Below, in pieces: positions 48,311 through 58,559 of a DNA stretch of 64,000 bases. Origin of the DNA: an uncultured Bacteroidales bacterium. GTDB taxonomy: Bacteria > Bacteroidota > Bacteroidia > Bacteroidales > WCHB1-69. The translations under genes and the position numbers were made by a program. The stretch lies in assembly GCA_905233585.1 (NCBI GenBank), contig CAJOFD010000009.1, forward strand, positions 2,136 through 66,135, in the 5' to 3' direction. Positions within the stretch are counted from its first letter, which is position 1. Every line of letters starts with the position of its first letter. The notes beneath the pieces are model-generated. The model was not told where the DNA came from. It saw only the letters and a list, made by a program, of their open reading frames with translations, and ran no database searches.

Positions 48311-49487
48311 TAAGATTGCATTTCTTATTTTGTGTTTGGGGCTATTCTCCAATTGGTATTTTTTCTTGCCTGTACTTACCATTACAAGGGTGGCTACGTT
48401 GGCATTGTTGGTGGGAATGTTTTTTGTTAAACGGCCCAAATTAGACAATATTTTTTATGTTGTTGCTGCATTTTTCTTTATGTATGTAACATATACACTG
48501 CTTATTTCCTTATGGCATAGCCAATATTTAACATATTCAAATGCAGGCAATCATGTTTTTATATTGTTGTTGATAATTCCGACTTTATGGTTGTTTTGTG
48601 CTTATTCCAAGGAGACTATGAGAATTTTTTACTATGCGTGTTGTGTTTTTCTTGTAGTTTCAGCAATACTTGCAGTAGTAGAGATAATTACAGGGTGGCA
48701 TTTGCCTATGTCAAATATGTTTTTGTTGGAAAACAAATATATTATTCCGGAGGATACGAGAAATTCGCCTACAGGTTTTTTCTATAATACCAATGATTTT
48801 GCAATAATTGTAACAATGGCTTTATGTTATATTTTGTCATATAGAAAATTGATATCGGCAGAAACCAAAATTTGGAAAGATATTCTCTTTGTCATATTGG
48901 GGTTGCTAACAATTTGTTTAACACATTGCCGTACTGCTTTGTTTATAATAGTATTTTTTGTGCTGTTTATGCAAAGAAACATATTTTTGAAGTATAAACG
49001 GATTTTGCTGATATTACTTGCCGTTTTGGTCATAGCAGCTATCGTGGCATTTTTTGCCATTCAAACGGAATCCACATGGGTAAGAGCAAATTTGTATCTG
49101 TATTCTTTCCTGTCATTGTTCGATTCTTATTGTCTGGGCTATGGTTTGGAGGGAGATATGTACTACTATGCCAATATGGACAATTACAATCTGTTCGGGC
49201 ATATCATTAATATTCATTCATATTTATTGCATTTTCTGCTGACTTCAGGTGTGTTGTTTTTTATGGGCTATATTGTATTGCTTGTTTATATTATGCGAAA
49301 AATAGCAGAGAATCACGGTCGTAATGAGTTTTGGTGTATGATACCCTTGTATGTTCTGTTGTTGTTTGCCCCAAGTTCATCTAACTTTTTGTGGCCACAT
49401 TATGTATTTTTTTGCTCGTATATAGGTTATGCTTGTCTGCCGATGGCTAATCAAGGTAGTTTTCAAACGGAGATAGTATGCAGTTAA
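48288..49487 (+). CDS. Wzy polymerase / O-antigen ligase-family protein
   Basis: Multi-TM protein; FFYNTND, HCRT and NIHSY motifs; AT-rich; next to the flippase. Confidence 0.75.
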   Translation: MKQLSLYNKIAFLILCLGLFSNWYFFLPVLTITRVATLALLVGMFFVKRPKLDNIFYVVAAFFFMYVTYTLLISLWHSQYLTYSNAGNHVFILLLIIPTLWLFCAYSKETMRIFYYACCVFLVVSAILAVVEIITGWHLPMSNMFLLENKYIIPEDTRNSPTGFFYNTNDFAIIVTMALCYILSYRKLISAETKIWKDILFVILGLLTICLTHCRTALFIIVFFVLFMQRNIFLKYKRILLILLAVLVIAAIVAFFAIQTESTWVRANLYLYSFLSLFDSYCLGYGLEGDMYYYANMDNYNLFGHIINIHSYLLHFLLTSGVLFFMGYIVLLVYIMRKIAENHGRNEFWCMIPLYVLLLFAPSSSNFLWPHYVFFCSYIGYACLPMANQGSFQTEIVCS

Positions 49488-50911
49488 AGGATAAAACTAT
49501 ATCAGGAGCCAAGTGGATGACTGTGTCGAAAATAGCTAGTTCTTCGATGCAGATATTTAAATTGATGATACTTGCCCGTTTGCTTTCCGAGTCGGATTTC
49601 GGTATCATCGCCATTGTTTTAATGGTGTTGGGGTTTACTGAGATATTTGCCGACCTCGGTTTTGCCGTAGGGCTTGTTCACAAACAAAACATCACCCGCA
49701 AAGAATATTCCTCCGTTTTTTGGGTAAATCTGCTGCTGAGTGTTATATTGTATGCCATTGTGGCACTTTCTTCACCGTTGTTCGTGGCATATTACAATGA
49801 AAAGATATTGGTTTCCGTCATCCCTATTATGGGGCTGCAGTTAATTATCAATGCTTTTGGGCGAATGTTCTTCACTTTTAAAACAAAACAGTTGGAGTTT
49901 AAATTCATTGCCATTGCGGATATGTTGGGTTTGGGTTTGGGTACCGTACTTACTATACTTATGGCCGCCAATGGTTTTGGGGTATATAGTCTTGTGTTTG
50001 GCTATTTGTTGCAATCTGTTGTAACACAAGGTATTTATTGGTTCTCTGGTATTAAAACATATCCTATATCTTTTCATTGTAACATTCGGGAAATATTCGA
50101 TTTGTTGAAAATTGGAGGCTACCAAGTGGGAGCACAAGTGTTGGATTATATCTCCAACAAAATTGACATCTTTTTGATTGGGCGTTTTTTCGGCATGGAA
50201 TTGTTGGGACTTTATAATCTTGCAAAGGAATTGGTGATAAAACCGATACAAATCATCAATTCAATTGTTACCAGTGTGGCCACACCCGCTTTCGCCAAAT
50301 TTCAGAACAATCTTGCGATGATACAAGAAAAGTACGTAGATGTTTTGAAACTGCTTTCGGTATTTAATTTTCCGATATTCATTGGATTTTTTGTTTTTGC
50401 CGACCCGCTTACGCTCCTGCTTTACGGCAGTGAAAAGATGGGGGTTGCAATATTTATAAAGATACTCTCTTTCTGGGGATTGTTCAATTCGGTAGGCAAT
50501 CCAGCCGGCATACTTATGGTTGCCAAAGGACGTACAGACCTGAGTTTCTATTGGACAATAGTGCGTATTGCGGTGATGACTACAGCGATTTTCATTGCAG
50601 GGCAGTTCAGCATTTATGCTGTAGCAGTTTCACAATCCGTCATTGCTTTCGGTTTTCTATTTCTATATTGGCGGATGATGGTTTACAGTATCGCTTTCAT
50701 TCCATTGAAAAACTATTTGAAATCGTGCGGACTGGCAACGATGGTTTCCCTGTTGGCCGGTATTCCGGCATGGATTATTGCGGCAATATCCGACAATTTA
50801 TACTTTCAGGCAGGAGTGCTATGTTTGTACGGACTATTGGTGTTGCTTTTGTATTGGCTGATAGACAGACAATATGTTATTAAACTGAAAAACATGGTAT
50901 TGTCAAGATGA
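49478..50911 (+). CDS. Wzx flippase (WzxC-like)
   Basis: LARLLSESDFG, DLGF and LGLYNLA motifs; many TMs. Confidence 0.9.
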   Translation: MQLKDKTISGAKWMTVSKIASSSMQIFKLMILARLLSESDFGIIAIVLMVLGFTEIFADLGFAVGLVHKQNITRKEYSSVFWVNLLLSVILYAIVALSSPLFVAYYNEKILVSVIPIMGLQLIINAFGRMFFTFKTKQLEFKFIAIADMLGLGLGTVLTILMAANGFGVYSLVFGYLLQSVVTQGIYWFSGIKTYPISFHCNIREIFDLLKIGGYQVGAQVLDYISNKIDIFLIGRFFGMELLGLYNLAKELVIKPIQIINSIVTSVATPAFAKFQNNLAMIQEKYVDVLKLLSVFNFPIFIGFFVFADPLTLLLYGSEKMGVAIFIKILSFWGLFNSVGNPAGILMVAKGRTDLSFYWTIVRIAVMTTAIFIAGQFSIYAVAVSQSVIAFGFLFLYWRMMVYSIAFIPLKNYLKSCGLATMVSLLAGIPAWIIAAISDNLYFQAGVLCLYGLLVLLLYWLIDRQYVIKLKNMVLSR

Positions 50912-52176
50912 ACGACATAAAAAAACATCATATTATACTTTTGACCACATGGTATCCTCCCCGACATTCGATTGCCGTGAACAGGATGCTTGCATTTGCG
51001 AAATACCTTGACAAAACAAAATTTGAGGTTGATGTGGTAACATTTTTGTCGGATGAACAATTGGAAAAGGACATTTCCCTTGAAGACGTAACAGTCTATC
51101 GTTTGCCCAACAAAACATTGTTGAAACGGGCGAAATTCGACAGACCGGTTTGTTTTGCCTTTCACAAACTTAAGGCTTTGTACAACGTGTTACTCGCATT
51201 TTTCGTTAAAAAGGAATATGGCGATTGGCAGCGACGTGCCGAAAAAAAAGTGGACGAACTTTTGGCGTCATACGGTTCGGACACCACGGTAATAAGCAGT
51301 TACGAACCTATTGAGCCACATCTCGTTGCCATAAATCTGAAAAAGCACGGTCGGAAGTTCCATTGGATTGCCGACTGTAGGGATGAAATATCCCAAAATC
51401 CTTCTGTAACAAAAGGTCTGCGAAAATTATACGCCAAAGCCGAAAGGCAGATGCTGTTGTATGCCGATGCGGTAACAACGGTCTCCCGACCGATATTGGA
51501 AGGCTTTGAAAGCAATGTGCCCGCAACCTCCTCGCAGTACCCGCTATTTGCAGAGATAAGAAATGGATATGACTTTGATTCTCCAAAAACTAATAAAGAA
51601 TCGAAAAATACGTTCTTTACATTATCCTATTTTGGTACTTTTTATGGGAAAAGAAAACCTTATGTTTTTTTTAAGGCATTGGAATGTTTCTTGTTGAAAA
51701 ATAAAAATGCAAGATTGAAAGTGAAACTCATTGGAGTTGGCAATACAATAAGAATACCAGACACTTTGTTTGATGTCGTGGAAACGTATGGGTTGGTAGC
51801 GCATAATGAGTCTGTTGCTATGATGATGGAGGCTGATAGTCTTTTACTAATTTTACCCAAATTGGAACAAAAAGGCGTTTATTCGGGCAAATTGTTTGAA
51901 TATCTGGGTTGCCGCAAACCGATATTGGCGGTGGTGGATCCGGATGATGTGGCTGCGGATTTGATACGGGAATGCAATGCCGGAATGGTGGCAGATTTTG
52001 ACGATATACAGTCTATCAGTTATGCTATTGAAATCCTGTATGATATGTGGCAAAAGGGTGAAAAATTGCCCATGAACGAGGATGTGATAAAAAAGCACCA
52101 CCGCAAGGAACAAGTGGAAATTCTGAACAAAATGATTTTTGATAACTTTTATTCGGGAGGGGAGGCGAGTTTATGA
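50908..52176 (+). CDS. GT4-family glycosyltransferase
   Basis: WIADCRD, IRNGYD and GKLFEYLG motifs. Confidence 0.85.
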   Translation: MNDIKKHHIILLTTWYPPRHSIAVNRMLAFAKYLDKTKFEVDVVTFLSDEQLEKDISLEDVTVYRLPNKTLLKRAKFDRPVCFAFHKLKALYNVLLAFFVKKEYGDWQRRAEKKVDELLASYGSDTTVISSYEPIEPHLVAINLKKHGRKFHWIADCRDEISQNPSVTKGLRKLYAKAERQMLLYADAVTTVSRPILEGFESNVPATSSQYPLFAEIRNGYDFDSPKTNKESKNTFFTLSYFGTFYGKRKPYVFFKALECFLLKNKNARLKVKLIGVGNTIRIPDTLFDVVETYGLVAHNESVAMMMEADSLLLILPKLEQKGVYSGKLFEYLGCRKPILAVVDPDDVAADLIRECNAGMVADFDDIQSISYAIEILYDMWQKGEKLPMNEDVIKKHHRKEQVEILNKMIFDNFYSGGEASL

Positions 52177-53279
52177 AAATACTAATGTTGTCGAATGCGG
52201 GAAGTGTACACACCCAGCGTTGGGTAAAAGCCCTTGCGGAACACGGAAATGATATAATGCTTTTTACATTGTCATGCAATTATGACAAAGGTTTTTTCAA
52301 TTCATTTGACAACGTATTTGTAAAAGAATATGATTATCGACATCGTGGAACATCCTTTAAAAATAGGATTCTTCAGCGATTTGAGCTACTTTTTGTCGTA
52401 AAATATGTCAAACAATTAATCAAAGATTTTCAACCTGACATTGTTCATGCCCATTATGCGGTGGATTATGGAACAATCGCAGCCTTGTCAGGATTTCATC
52501 CTTTTGTCCTATCGGTTTGGGGCAGTGATATTTACGGCGATCCGCAATTGTCTTTTTTGTCAAAACAGACCCTGCGTTACAAATTACGCAAGGCAGATAT
52601 GATATTATCCACAAGCCGGGCAATGGCAAAGGAAACCAATAAATATACTTCTAAAAATATAGAAATAACACCCTTTGGGGTGGATACATCGTTTTTTTGC
52701 CCTGCAACTGTTACAAGGAATGATGCTTTTGTTGTAGGAAATGTTAAATCGTTGGAACCGATTTATGGAATAGATACACTTATCAGGGCTTTTAAAATTA
52801 TTTCAGACAACAATCCTCAAAGGAATATTGTATTAAAGATTGTCGGTGATGGTTCGCAATATGCTTCTTTGAAAACACTTGCAGAAACGCTGAAAATAGA
52901 GGATAAGGTGATATTTGTCGGTAGGGTACCCAATGGCGATTTGCCAGTTTATTATAATAGTTTTGATGTGGCTGTGTTTCTTTCCAATAAAGAAAGTTTT
53001 GGAGTGGTGGCAGTGGAGGCTATGTCCTGTGAATGTCCAGTGGTAGTTTCTGATGCCTACGGCTTTACAGAGGTCGTGGAAGACAATATTACCGGATTTG
53101 TTGTCCCCAAAAGAGATGCCGAAGCCACAGCGACTGCCATCCAGAAGTTTATCGACGACCCAGATTTGCGTAAGAAAATGGGAGCGACCGGACGGAAACA
53201 TGTGCAACGCATGTTTGAATGGAACGAAAATGTGAAAACCATGCTTGGATATTATAAGGAGCTTATTGATAATAAATAA
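52173..53279 (+). CDS. GT4-family glycosyltransferase
   Basis: HTQRW, SVWGSD and ESFGVVAVEAM motifs. Confidence 0.9.
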   Translation: MKILMLSNAGSVHTQRWVKALAEHGNDIMLFTLSCNYDKGFFNSFDNVFVKEYDYRHRGTSFKNRILQRFELLFVVKYVKQLIKDFQPDIVHAHYAVDYGTIAALSGFHPFVLSVWGSDIYGDPQLSFLSKQTLRYKLRKADMILSTSRAMAKETNKYTSKNIEITPFGVDTSFFCPATVTRNDAFVVGNVKSLEPIYGIDTLIRAFKIISDNNPQRNIVLKIVGDGSQYASLKTLAETLKIEDKVIFVGRVPNGDLPVYYNSFDVAVFLSNKESFGVVAVEAMSCECPVVVSDAYGFTEVVEDNITGFVVPKRDAEATATAIQKFIDDPDLRKKMGATGRKHVQRMFEWNENVKTMLGYYKELIDNK

Positions 53280-53329
53280 AAACAATGAAAAAAAGGACAC
53301 TTGTTGTAAAATAGTAAAATAAAGAGATA

Positions 53330-54364
53330 ATGAGACGTAAACTATTGCTTTTGGGAAACAATTGTATTCATACCTACAACTATTTTCAGTTGGTAAAGGA
53401 TTATTTTGACGATATATTGCTGCTTACCGACAAAAGTGGAGGTGCGTGTGAGAACTTGCCGTTAAAAGTATTGGATTATTCCCCGAGTCCGCACAAAATG
53501 CTGAAAGCCTTTTGGCAAACCAAATGCATTATAAATGAATATCAGCCCGACATCATTCACGGACAGCAGATAAACAAAGCCTTGTTTTTTGCCGTTTTGG
53601 TAAACAATAGCCTCAAAATACCAGTGGTAGCTACGGCGTGGGGCAGTGATATCCTTGTCATTCCCCGCAAAAATTGGTTATTCAGGCAGATTGTCAGATA
53701 CATATTGCGGAATATTCCTTTTTTTACCTCTGATTCCAAATATATGGCGGAGCAAATGGAGCAAATTGCCGAACGCAAACTGAATATAACTATCGCCAAC
53801 TTTGGAATAAACATGCCTGAAATCAATGTTCGCAAGCAGGATATTATCTATTCAAACCGTTTGCACGAAAAACTGTACAGAATAGACGCTATTATTGTTG
53901 CGTTCAGCCGTTTTTTGAAAAAAAATCCGCAGTGGAAACTGGTGGTAGCCGCCACTGGCAGTGAAACGGAAAACTTGAAGCATTTAACCCAAACGTTGTC
54001 TATAGCTGACAATGTACAATTTGTCGGTTGGTTGAATCAAGAGCAGAATTTTCATTATTACGCTCTTGCAAAATATTGGGTGTCAATTCCGGAAAGTGAT
54101 GCAACCGCCATCAGTCTGTTTGAGGCTATGGCAATGGGGTGTATTCCGGTTGTTTCCGATTTGCCTGCAAACAGGGAGTGGGTTTCTAATGGGGAAAACG
54201 GTATTGTTGTGGAGAATGTAAACGACGATTTTTTGTCTGAAGTTGTTGATTTGGATGCACGTAAGTTGGTCGGAAAAAATAAGGAAATTGTATTTGCCAA
54301 TGCCACTAAAGAAGCAAACAGGGCAAAGTTTCTCTCAATTTATGATAAAATATTGTCAGTATGA
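53330..54364 (+). CDS. GT4-family glycosyltransferase
   Basis: AWGSD and SDATAISLFEAMAMG motifs. Confidence 0.85.
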   Translation: MRRKLLLLGNNCIHTYNYFQLVKDYFDDILLLTDKSGGACENLPLKVLDYSPSPHKMLKAFWQTKCIINEYQPDIIHGQQINKALFFAVLVNNSLKIPVVATAWGSDILVIPRKNWLFRQIVRYILRNIPFFTSDSKYMAEQMEQIAERKLNITIANFGINMPEINVRKQDIIYSNRLHEKLYRIDAIIVAFSRFLKKNPQWKLVVAATGSETENLKHLTQTLSIADNVQFVGWLNQEQNFHYYALAKYWVSIPESDATAISLFEAMAMGCIPVVSDLPANREWVSNGENGIVVENVNDDFLSEVVDLDARKLVGKNKEIVFANATKEANRAKFLSIYDKILSV

Positions 54365-55599
54365 ACATTCTCATAATCAACCATTACGCAGGCAGCCCCG
54401 ACATGGGCATGGAGTTCCGCCCTTACTATCTGGCAAGGGAATGGCAGAAACTCGGGCACAAAGTGCTTGTTGTTGGTGGAACTTACTCGCATTTGCGAAA
54501 AAAACAACCTCGGACTACTGGTTGTCAAACTGTTGGCGGAGTGGATTATTTGTGGATAAAAACGCCTGAATATCACGGCAATGGCGTGAAAAGAGTGTTG
54601 TCGATGCTCTTTTTTACCGCCAAACTGTGGTTGCGTGCCGGGAAAATAGTACGCGTTTTCCGTCCCGATGCGGTAATAGCCTCCTCCACATATCCCCTCG
54701 ACAACTATCCTTCGCGCAGAATAGCACGTAGAAGCGGAGGAAAATACATCTACGAGATACACGACCTTTGGCCGCTGTCGCCAATGGAGCTGGGCGGCAT
54801 GTCCAAACGTCATCCGTTTATTGTGATGATGCAAAAGGCCGAAAATTACGCCTACAATAATTGCGACGCGGTTGTTTCCATTCTGCCCAAAGCCAAGGAG
54901 CACTGCGTGGCTCACGGCCTGCCAGAAAACCGATTTTTCCATGTTCATAACGGCATTGTGGAGGAGGATTGGAATCATCCCGAGCCTTTGCCCGACGAAC
55001 ATAAGCAGATTATTGGAAAACTCCGCGAAGAGGGGCGTTTCTTAGTGGGATACATAGGCGGACACGCTATGTCCAACGCTCTTGACACGTTGCTCGACAC
55101 AGCAAAAATTGTTCCCCCTAATGACATCGCTTTTGTGCTTGTTGGCAATGGAACAGAAAAACAGAATCTGATGCAACGTGTTCGCAACGAACATATTGAA
55201 AATGTGTTTTTTCTGCCCTCTATTCACAAGTTGGCTGTTCCGGAATTTCTTATGCAAATGGATGTCTTGTATATCGGTTGGAAAAAAAATCCACTTTATC
55301 GTTTTGGAATAAGTCCCAACAAAATTTTTGATTATATGATGAGCGGCAAGCCCATTGTACATTCAGTTGATGCGGGAAACGACCCTGTTTTCGAGGCAGG
55401 TTGCGGAATTTCGGTCACTGCCGAGAATCCGCATAGAGTTGCCGAAGCCATAGCTAAAATGCAGGCCATGTCGGAAGAAGAACGTTGCAAGATGGGAGAG
55501 AATGGACGGGCATATATTCTTAAAAATCACACATATAGCGTTTTGGCAAATTCCTTTATCGAAATAATTGAAACTCTTGTAAAAAGTAATAATACATGA
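54361..55599 (+). CDS. GT4 glycosyltransferase (WbuB/WlbE-like)
   Basis: NHYAGSP..GMEFRPYY, EIHDLWP and SPNKIFDYM motifs. Confidence 0.85.
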   Translation: MNILIINHYAGSPDMGMEFRPYYLAREWQKLGHKVLVVGGTYSHLRKKQPRTTGCQTVGGVDYLWIKTPEYHGNGVKRVLSMLFFTAKLWLRAGKIVRVFRPDAVIASSTYPLDNYPSRRIARRSGGKYIYEIHDLWPLSPMELGGMSKRHPFIVMMQKAENYAYNNCDAVVSILPKAKEHCVAHGLPENRFFHVHNGIVEEDWNHPEPLPDEHKQIIGKLREEGRFLVGYIGGHAMSNALDTLLDTAKIVPPNDIAFVLVGNGTEKQNLMQRVRNEHIENVFFLPSIHKLAVPEFLMQMDVLYIGWKKNPLYRFGISPNKIFDYMMSGKPIVHSVDAGNDPVFEAGCGISVTAENPHRVAEAIAKMQAMSEEERCKMGENGRAYILKNHTYSVLANSFIEIIETLVKSNNT

Positions 55600-56663
55600 A
55601 AATAGTTACTATCGTAGGGGCACGTCCCCAGTTTGTAAAGGCTGCCGTGGTGAGCCGTGCTATGGCCAAGGTAGGCGGCATTGACGAGGTCATTGTACAT
55701 ACCGGACAGCATTACGATGCCAATATGTCCGACGTGTTTTTCGAGGAGATGGAGATACCACGCCCCGATTACAACCTTAATATCAACGGCCTCTCGCACG
55801 GCGCCATGACAGGACAGATGCTAGAAAAGATAGAAAAAGTGCTGATGGATGAAAATCCCGACTGGGTGCTGGTTTATGGCGACACCGACTCCACCCTTGC
55901 GGGAGCGTTGGCTGCCAGCAAGTTACACATCCGTCTTGCCCACGTGGAGGCCGGTCTGCGGTCGTTCAATATGCAGATGCCCGAGGAGGTGAACCGTATC
56001 CTCACCGACCGCGTGAGCAACCTGCTGTTTTGCCCCACGCAAACAGCCATCGACAATCTTATGTGCGAGGGCTATGGCAATATGCCTGCTTCTTTGGTGC
56101 GTACTGGCGATGTAATGTACGATGCGGCAATGTTTTACAAAGCCAAAGCCCGCAAACCCGACACCAGCCTGCCCCAAAACTACATCCTATGCACCATACA
56201 TCGTGCTGAAAACACCGACGACACAACAAAATTGACGGCCATTTTCGATGCTTTGGAAGAAATCTCGCGCAACAATCCCGTTGTAATTCCCCTTCATCCC
56301 CGCACAAGGGCGATATTGCAAAAAAACAGCTACAAATTCGCTGAAAGTGCCATAACATTCATCAATCCAGTAGGTTACTTTGAAATGATATGGCTTATCA
56401 CCAACGCCCGACTGATTATGACCGACAGCGGCGGGTTGCAGAAGGAAGCTTATTTTGTCGAAAAGAAATGCGTTACTTTGCGAGAACAGACCGAATGGAC
56501 GGAACTCGTCGAATGCGGCTGCAATGTCTTGGCAGGAGCCGACGCAAAAAAAATAATTTCCCTCACGGATGAGATGCTTTCCCGAACCACAGACTTTTCT
56601 ACTGCCTTGTATGGCGACGGGCATTCGGGGGAATATATTGTACAACAATTGATGAACATATAA
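55596..56663 (+). CDS. wecB: Non-hydrolysing UDP-N-acetylglucosamine 2-epimerase family (WecB/WbpI-like)
   Basis: GARPQF, HTGQHYD, HVEAGLRS, PEEVNR and DSGGLQKEA motifs. Confidence 0.85.
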   Translation: MKIVTIVGARPQFVKAAVVSRAMAKVGGIDEVIVHTGQHYDANMSDVFFEEMEIPRPDYNLNINGLSHGAMTGQMLEKIEKVLMDENPDWVLVYGDTDSTLAGALAASKLHIRLAHVEAGLRSFNMQMPEEVNRILTDRVSNLLFCPTQTAIDNLMCEGYGNMPASLVRTGDVMYDAAMFYKAKARKPDTSLPQNYILCTIHRAENTDDTTKLTAIFDALEEISRNNPVVIPLHPRTRAILQKNSYKFAESAITFINPVGYFEMIWLITNARLIMTDSGGLQKEAYFVEKKCVTLREQTEWTELVECGCNVLAGADAKKIISLTDEMLSRTTDFSTALYGDGHSGEYIVQQLMNI

Positions 56664-56706
56664 TTTTGATTTTAATGAATTTTAACCATAAAAAACAGAT
56701 AATATT

Positions 56707-57900
56707 ATGAAAATACCCTTTTCCCCACCGGATATAACAGAAGAAGAAATTAAGGCTGTTGCGGAAGTGTTGCGTTCTGGTTGGATTACCACCGGACCTA
56801 AAACCAAAGAGTTTGAACAGAAAATCGCTGCATATTGTCATACCTCAAGGGCGGTGTGTTTGAATTCGGCTACCGCTTGTATGGAGTTGATATTGCGGGT
56901 TTTGGGCGTAGGTGAAGGCGATGAGGTCATTACTTCGGCTTATACCTATACCGCTACGGCAAGTGTGATTTGTCATGTCGGAGCCAAACCTGTTTTGGTG
57001 GATACTGCCCCCGATTCCTTTGAAATGGATTATGATAAGTTGAAACAGGCTGTAACAGAACGCACCAAGGTGATTATGCCCGTTGATTTGGCGGGAATCG
57101 TGTGCAATTACGACCGTATTTTTGAGGTGGTGAATGCACGAAAACATCTCTTCCGCCCTGCAAATGATTTGCAAAAGGCTTTCAATAGGGTAGTTGTCCT
57201 TGCCGATGCCGCACATGCTTTCGGTGCAAAAAGAAACAATCAACCGTGTGGAAGTATTGCAGATTTTACCTCGTTTTCTTTCCATGCCGTGAAAAATCTT
57301 ACGACAGCAGAAGGGGGAGCCCTTACTTGGCGTGATATTTCTGGTATTGACAATGAATGGTTGTACAAACAGTTTATGCTCTATTCGTTGCACGGACAAA
57401 GCAAAGATGCTTTTGCAAAGACTCAACTTGGGGCTTGGGAATACGATATAGTATATCCCGCATATAAATGCAATATGACAGATATTATGGCCGCCGTAGG
57501 GCTTGTTCAATTCAAACGTTATTCCTCTTTGCTTAATCGGCGTAGGGAAATTATCGGTATGTATGATAATAAGCTGAAGAACAATCGTTTACAAGTGCTT
57601 CCTCATTATACTGATACCAATTCATCAAGCGGGCATTTGTATCTGGTGCGTTTGTCGGATAAAAATGAGACCGAACGCAATGCGATAATCACCCGAATGG
57701 CGGAACTGGGCATTGCCACCAATGTTCACTACAAGCCCTTGCCTATGATGACCGCTTACCGCGGTCTTGGGTTTGATATAGCCAACTTTCCGAACGCCTA
57801 CAATATGTATCACAATGAAATAACTTTGCCGTTGCATACGCTTTTAACAGATGAGCAGGCGGAATTTGTGGCCAATAGTCTTGTGAAAATATTGGATTGA
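56707..57900 (+). CDS. DegT/DnrJ/EryC1/StrS PLP-dependent sugar aminotransferase
   Basis: SGWITTGP, DAAHAFG and SFHAVKNLTTAEGG motifs. Confidence 0.92.
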   Translation: MKIPFSPPDITEEEIKAVAEVLRSGWITTGPKTKEFEQKIAAYCHTSRAVCLNSATACMELILRVLGVGEGDEVITSAYTYTATASVICHVGAKPVLVDTAPDSFEMDYDKLKQAVTERTKVIMPVDLAGIVCNYDRIFEVVNARKHLFRPANDLQKAFNRVVVLADAAHAFGAKRNNQPCGSIADFTSFSFHAVKNLTTAEGGALTWRDISGIDNEWLYKQFMLYSLHGQSKDAFAKTQLGAWEYDIVYPAYKCNMTDIMAAVGLVQFKRYSSLLNRRREIIGMYDNKLKNNRLQVLPHYTDTNSSSGHLYLVRLSDKNETERNAIITRMAELGIATNVHYKPLPMMTAYRGLGFDIANFPNAYNMYHNEITLPLHTLLTDEQAEFVANSLVKILD

Positions 57901-57959
57901 AACAATTTTTAAGCATTGCTTTGGGGCTAAATATACCGTATGTATTTAGCCCTTTTGTT

Positions 57960-58559
57960 TTAGAAAACGACACCCAACATAATGCAAAACATATCGGCAT
58001 AACGTTTGCTGCCGTTTGCGGAAGCCATGGCTTTGACGGCTTTTTCGTAAGAAATATCAATGGAAATGTTTTTCAAATCTACGCCTATTCCTCCTAAAAC
58101 ACTCATGTTGTGTACGGTGAATGCTTTTTTTTCTAAATTGATTTTGTTTTTGCTCAGGTGTACAAGTGCATCGTATTGTAAACCAATATTAAAACGCAAT
58201 ACATTGTTTTTTCCGAAAGCATAACCGTAACTGAACAGAAAAGGTATTTTTAGAACACCTAATTCGATGGCGGAAGTTGCATCGGTTTGTATGTTTTTTA
58301 CTTGTAATTTGTTTATATCGTAATAAAAACCCACTTGTCCGGCAAAGTCATATCCAATTCTGACCATACCTCCGACTTTAAAATTGAGTGATTTGTAGAT
58401 TGTAAAATCCGGACTGAAAGTTTTATTATTGACAGGTATTTCAAAACCGAAATGCACACCACCGCGTATCAATCGCTTATGCTTGTTTTGTGCCAATAAA
58501 CATGCATTGCAAAACAACAGAAGAATAACAGCAACAATTAGTTTATGATTCTTCATCAT
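57960..58559 (-). CDS. PorT-like outer-membrane beta-barrel protein
   Basis: Signal peptide from MMKNHKLIVAVILLLFCNACLLAQ; LKIP motif; terminal LGVVF. Confidence 0.7.
   Translation of the reverse strand: MMKNHKLIVAVILLLFCNACLLAQNKHKRLIRGGVHFGFEIPVNNKTFSPDFTIYKSLNFKVGGMVRIGYDFAGQVGFYYDINKLQVKNIQTDATSAIELGVLKIPFLFSYGYAFGKNNVLRFNIGLQYDALVHLSKNKINLEKKAFTVHNMSVLGGIGVDLKNISIDISYEKAVKAMASANGSKRYADMFCIMLGVVF

Noticed and set aside
11994-57510. Long antisense ORFs (e.g. 11994..12743, 25637..26314, 31129..31749, 42507..43238, 54340..55002, 56845..57510)
   Set aside because: Shadow frames of well-supported genes, with no recognisable motifs.
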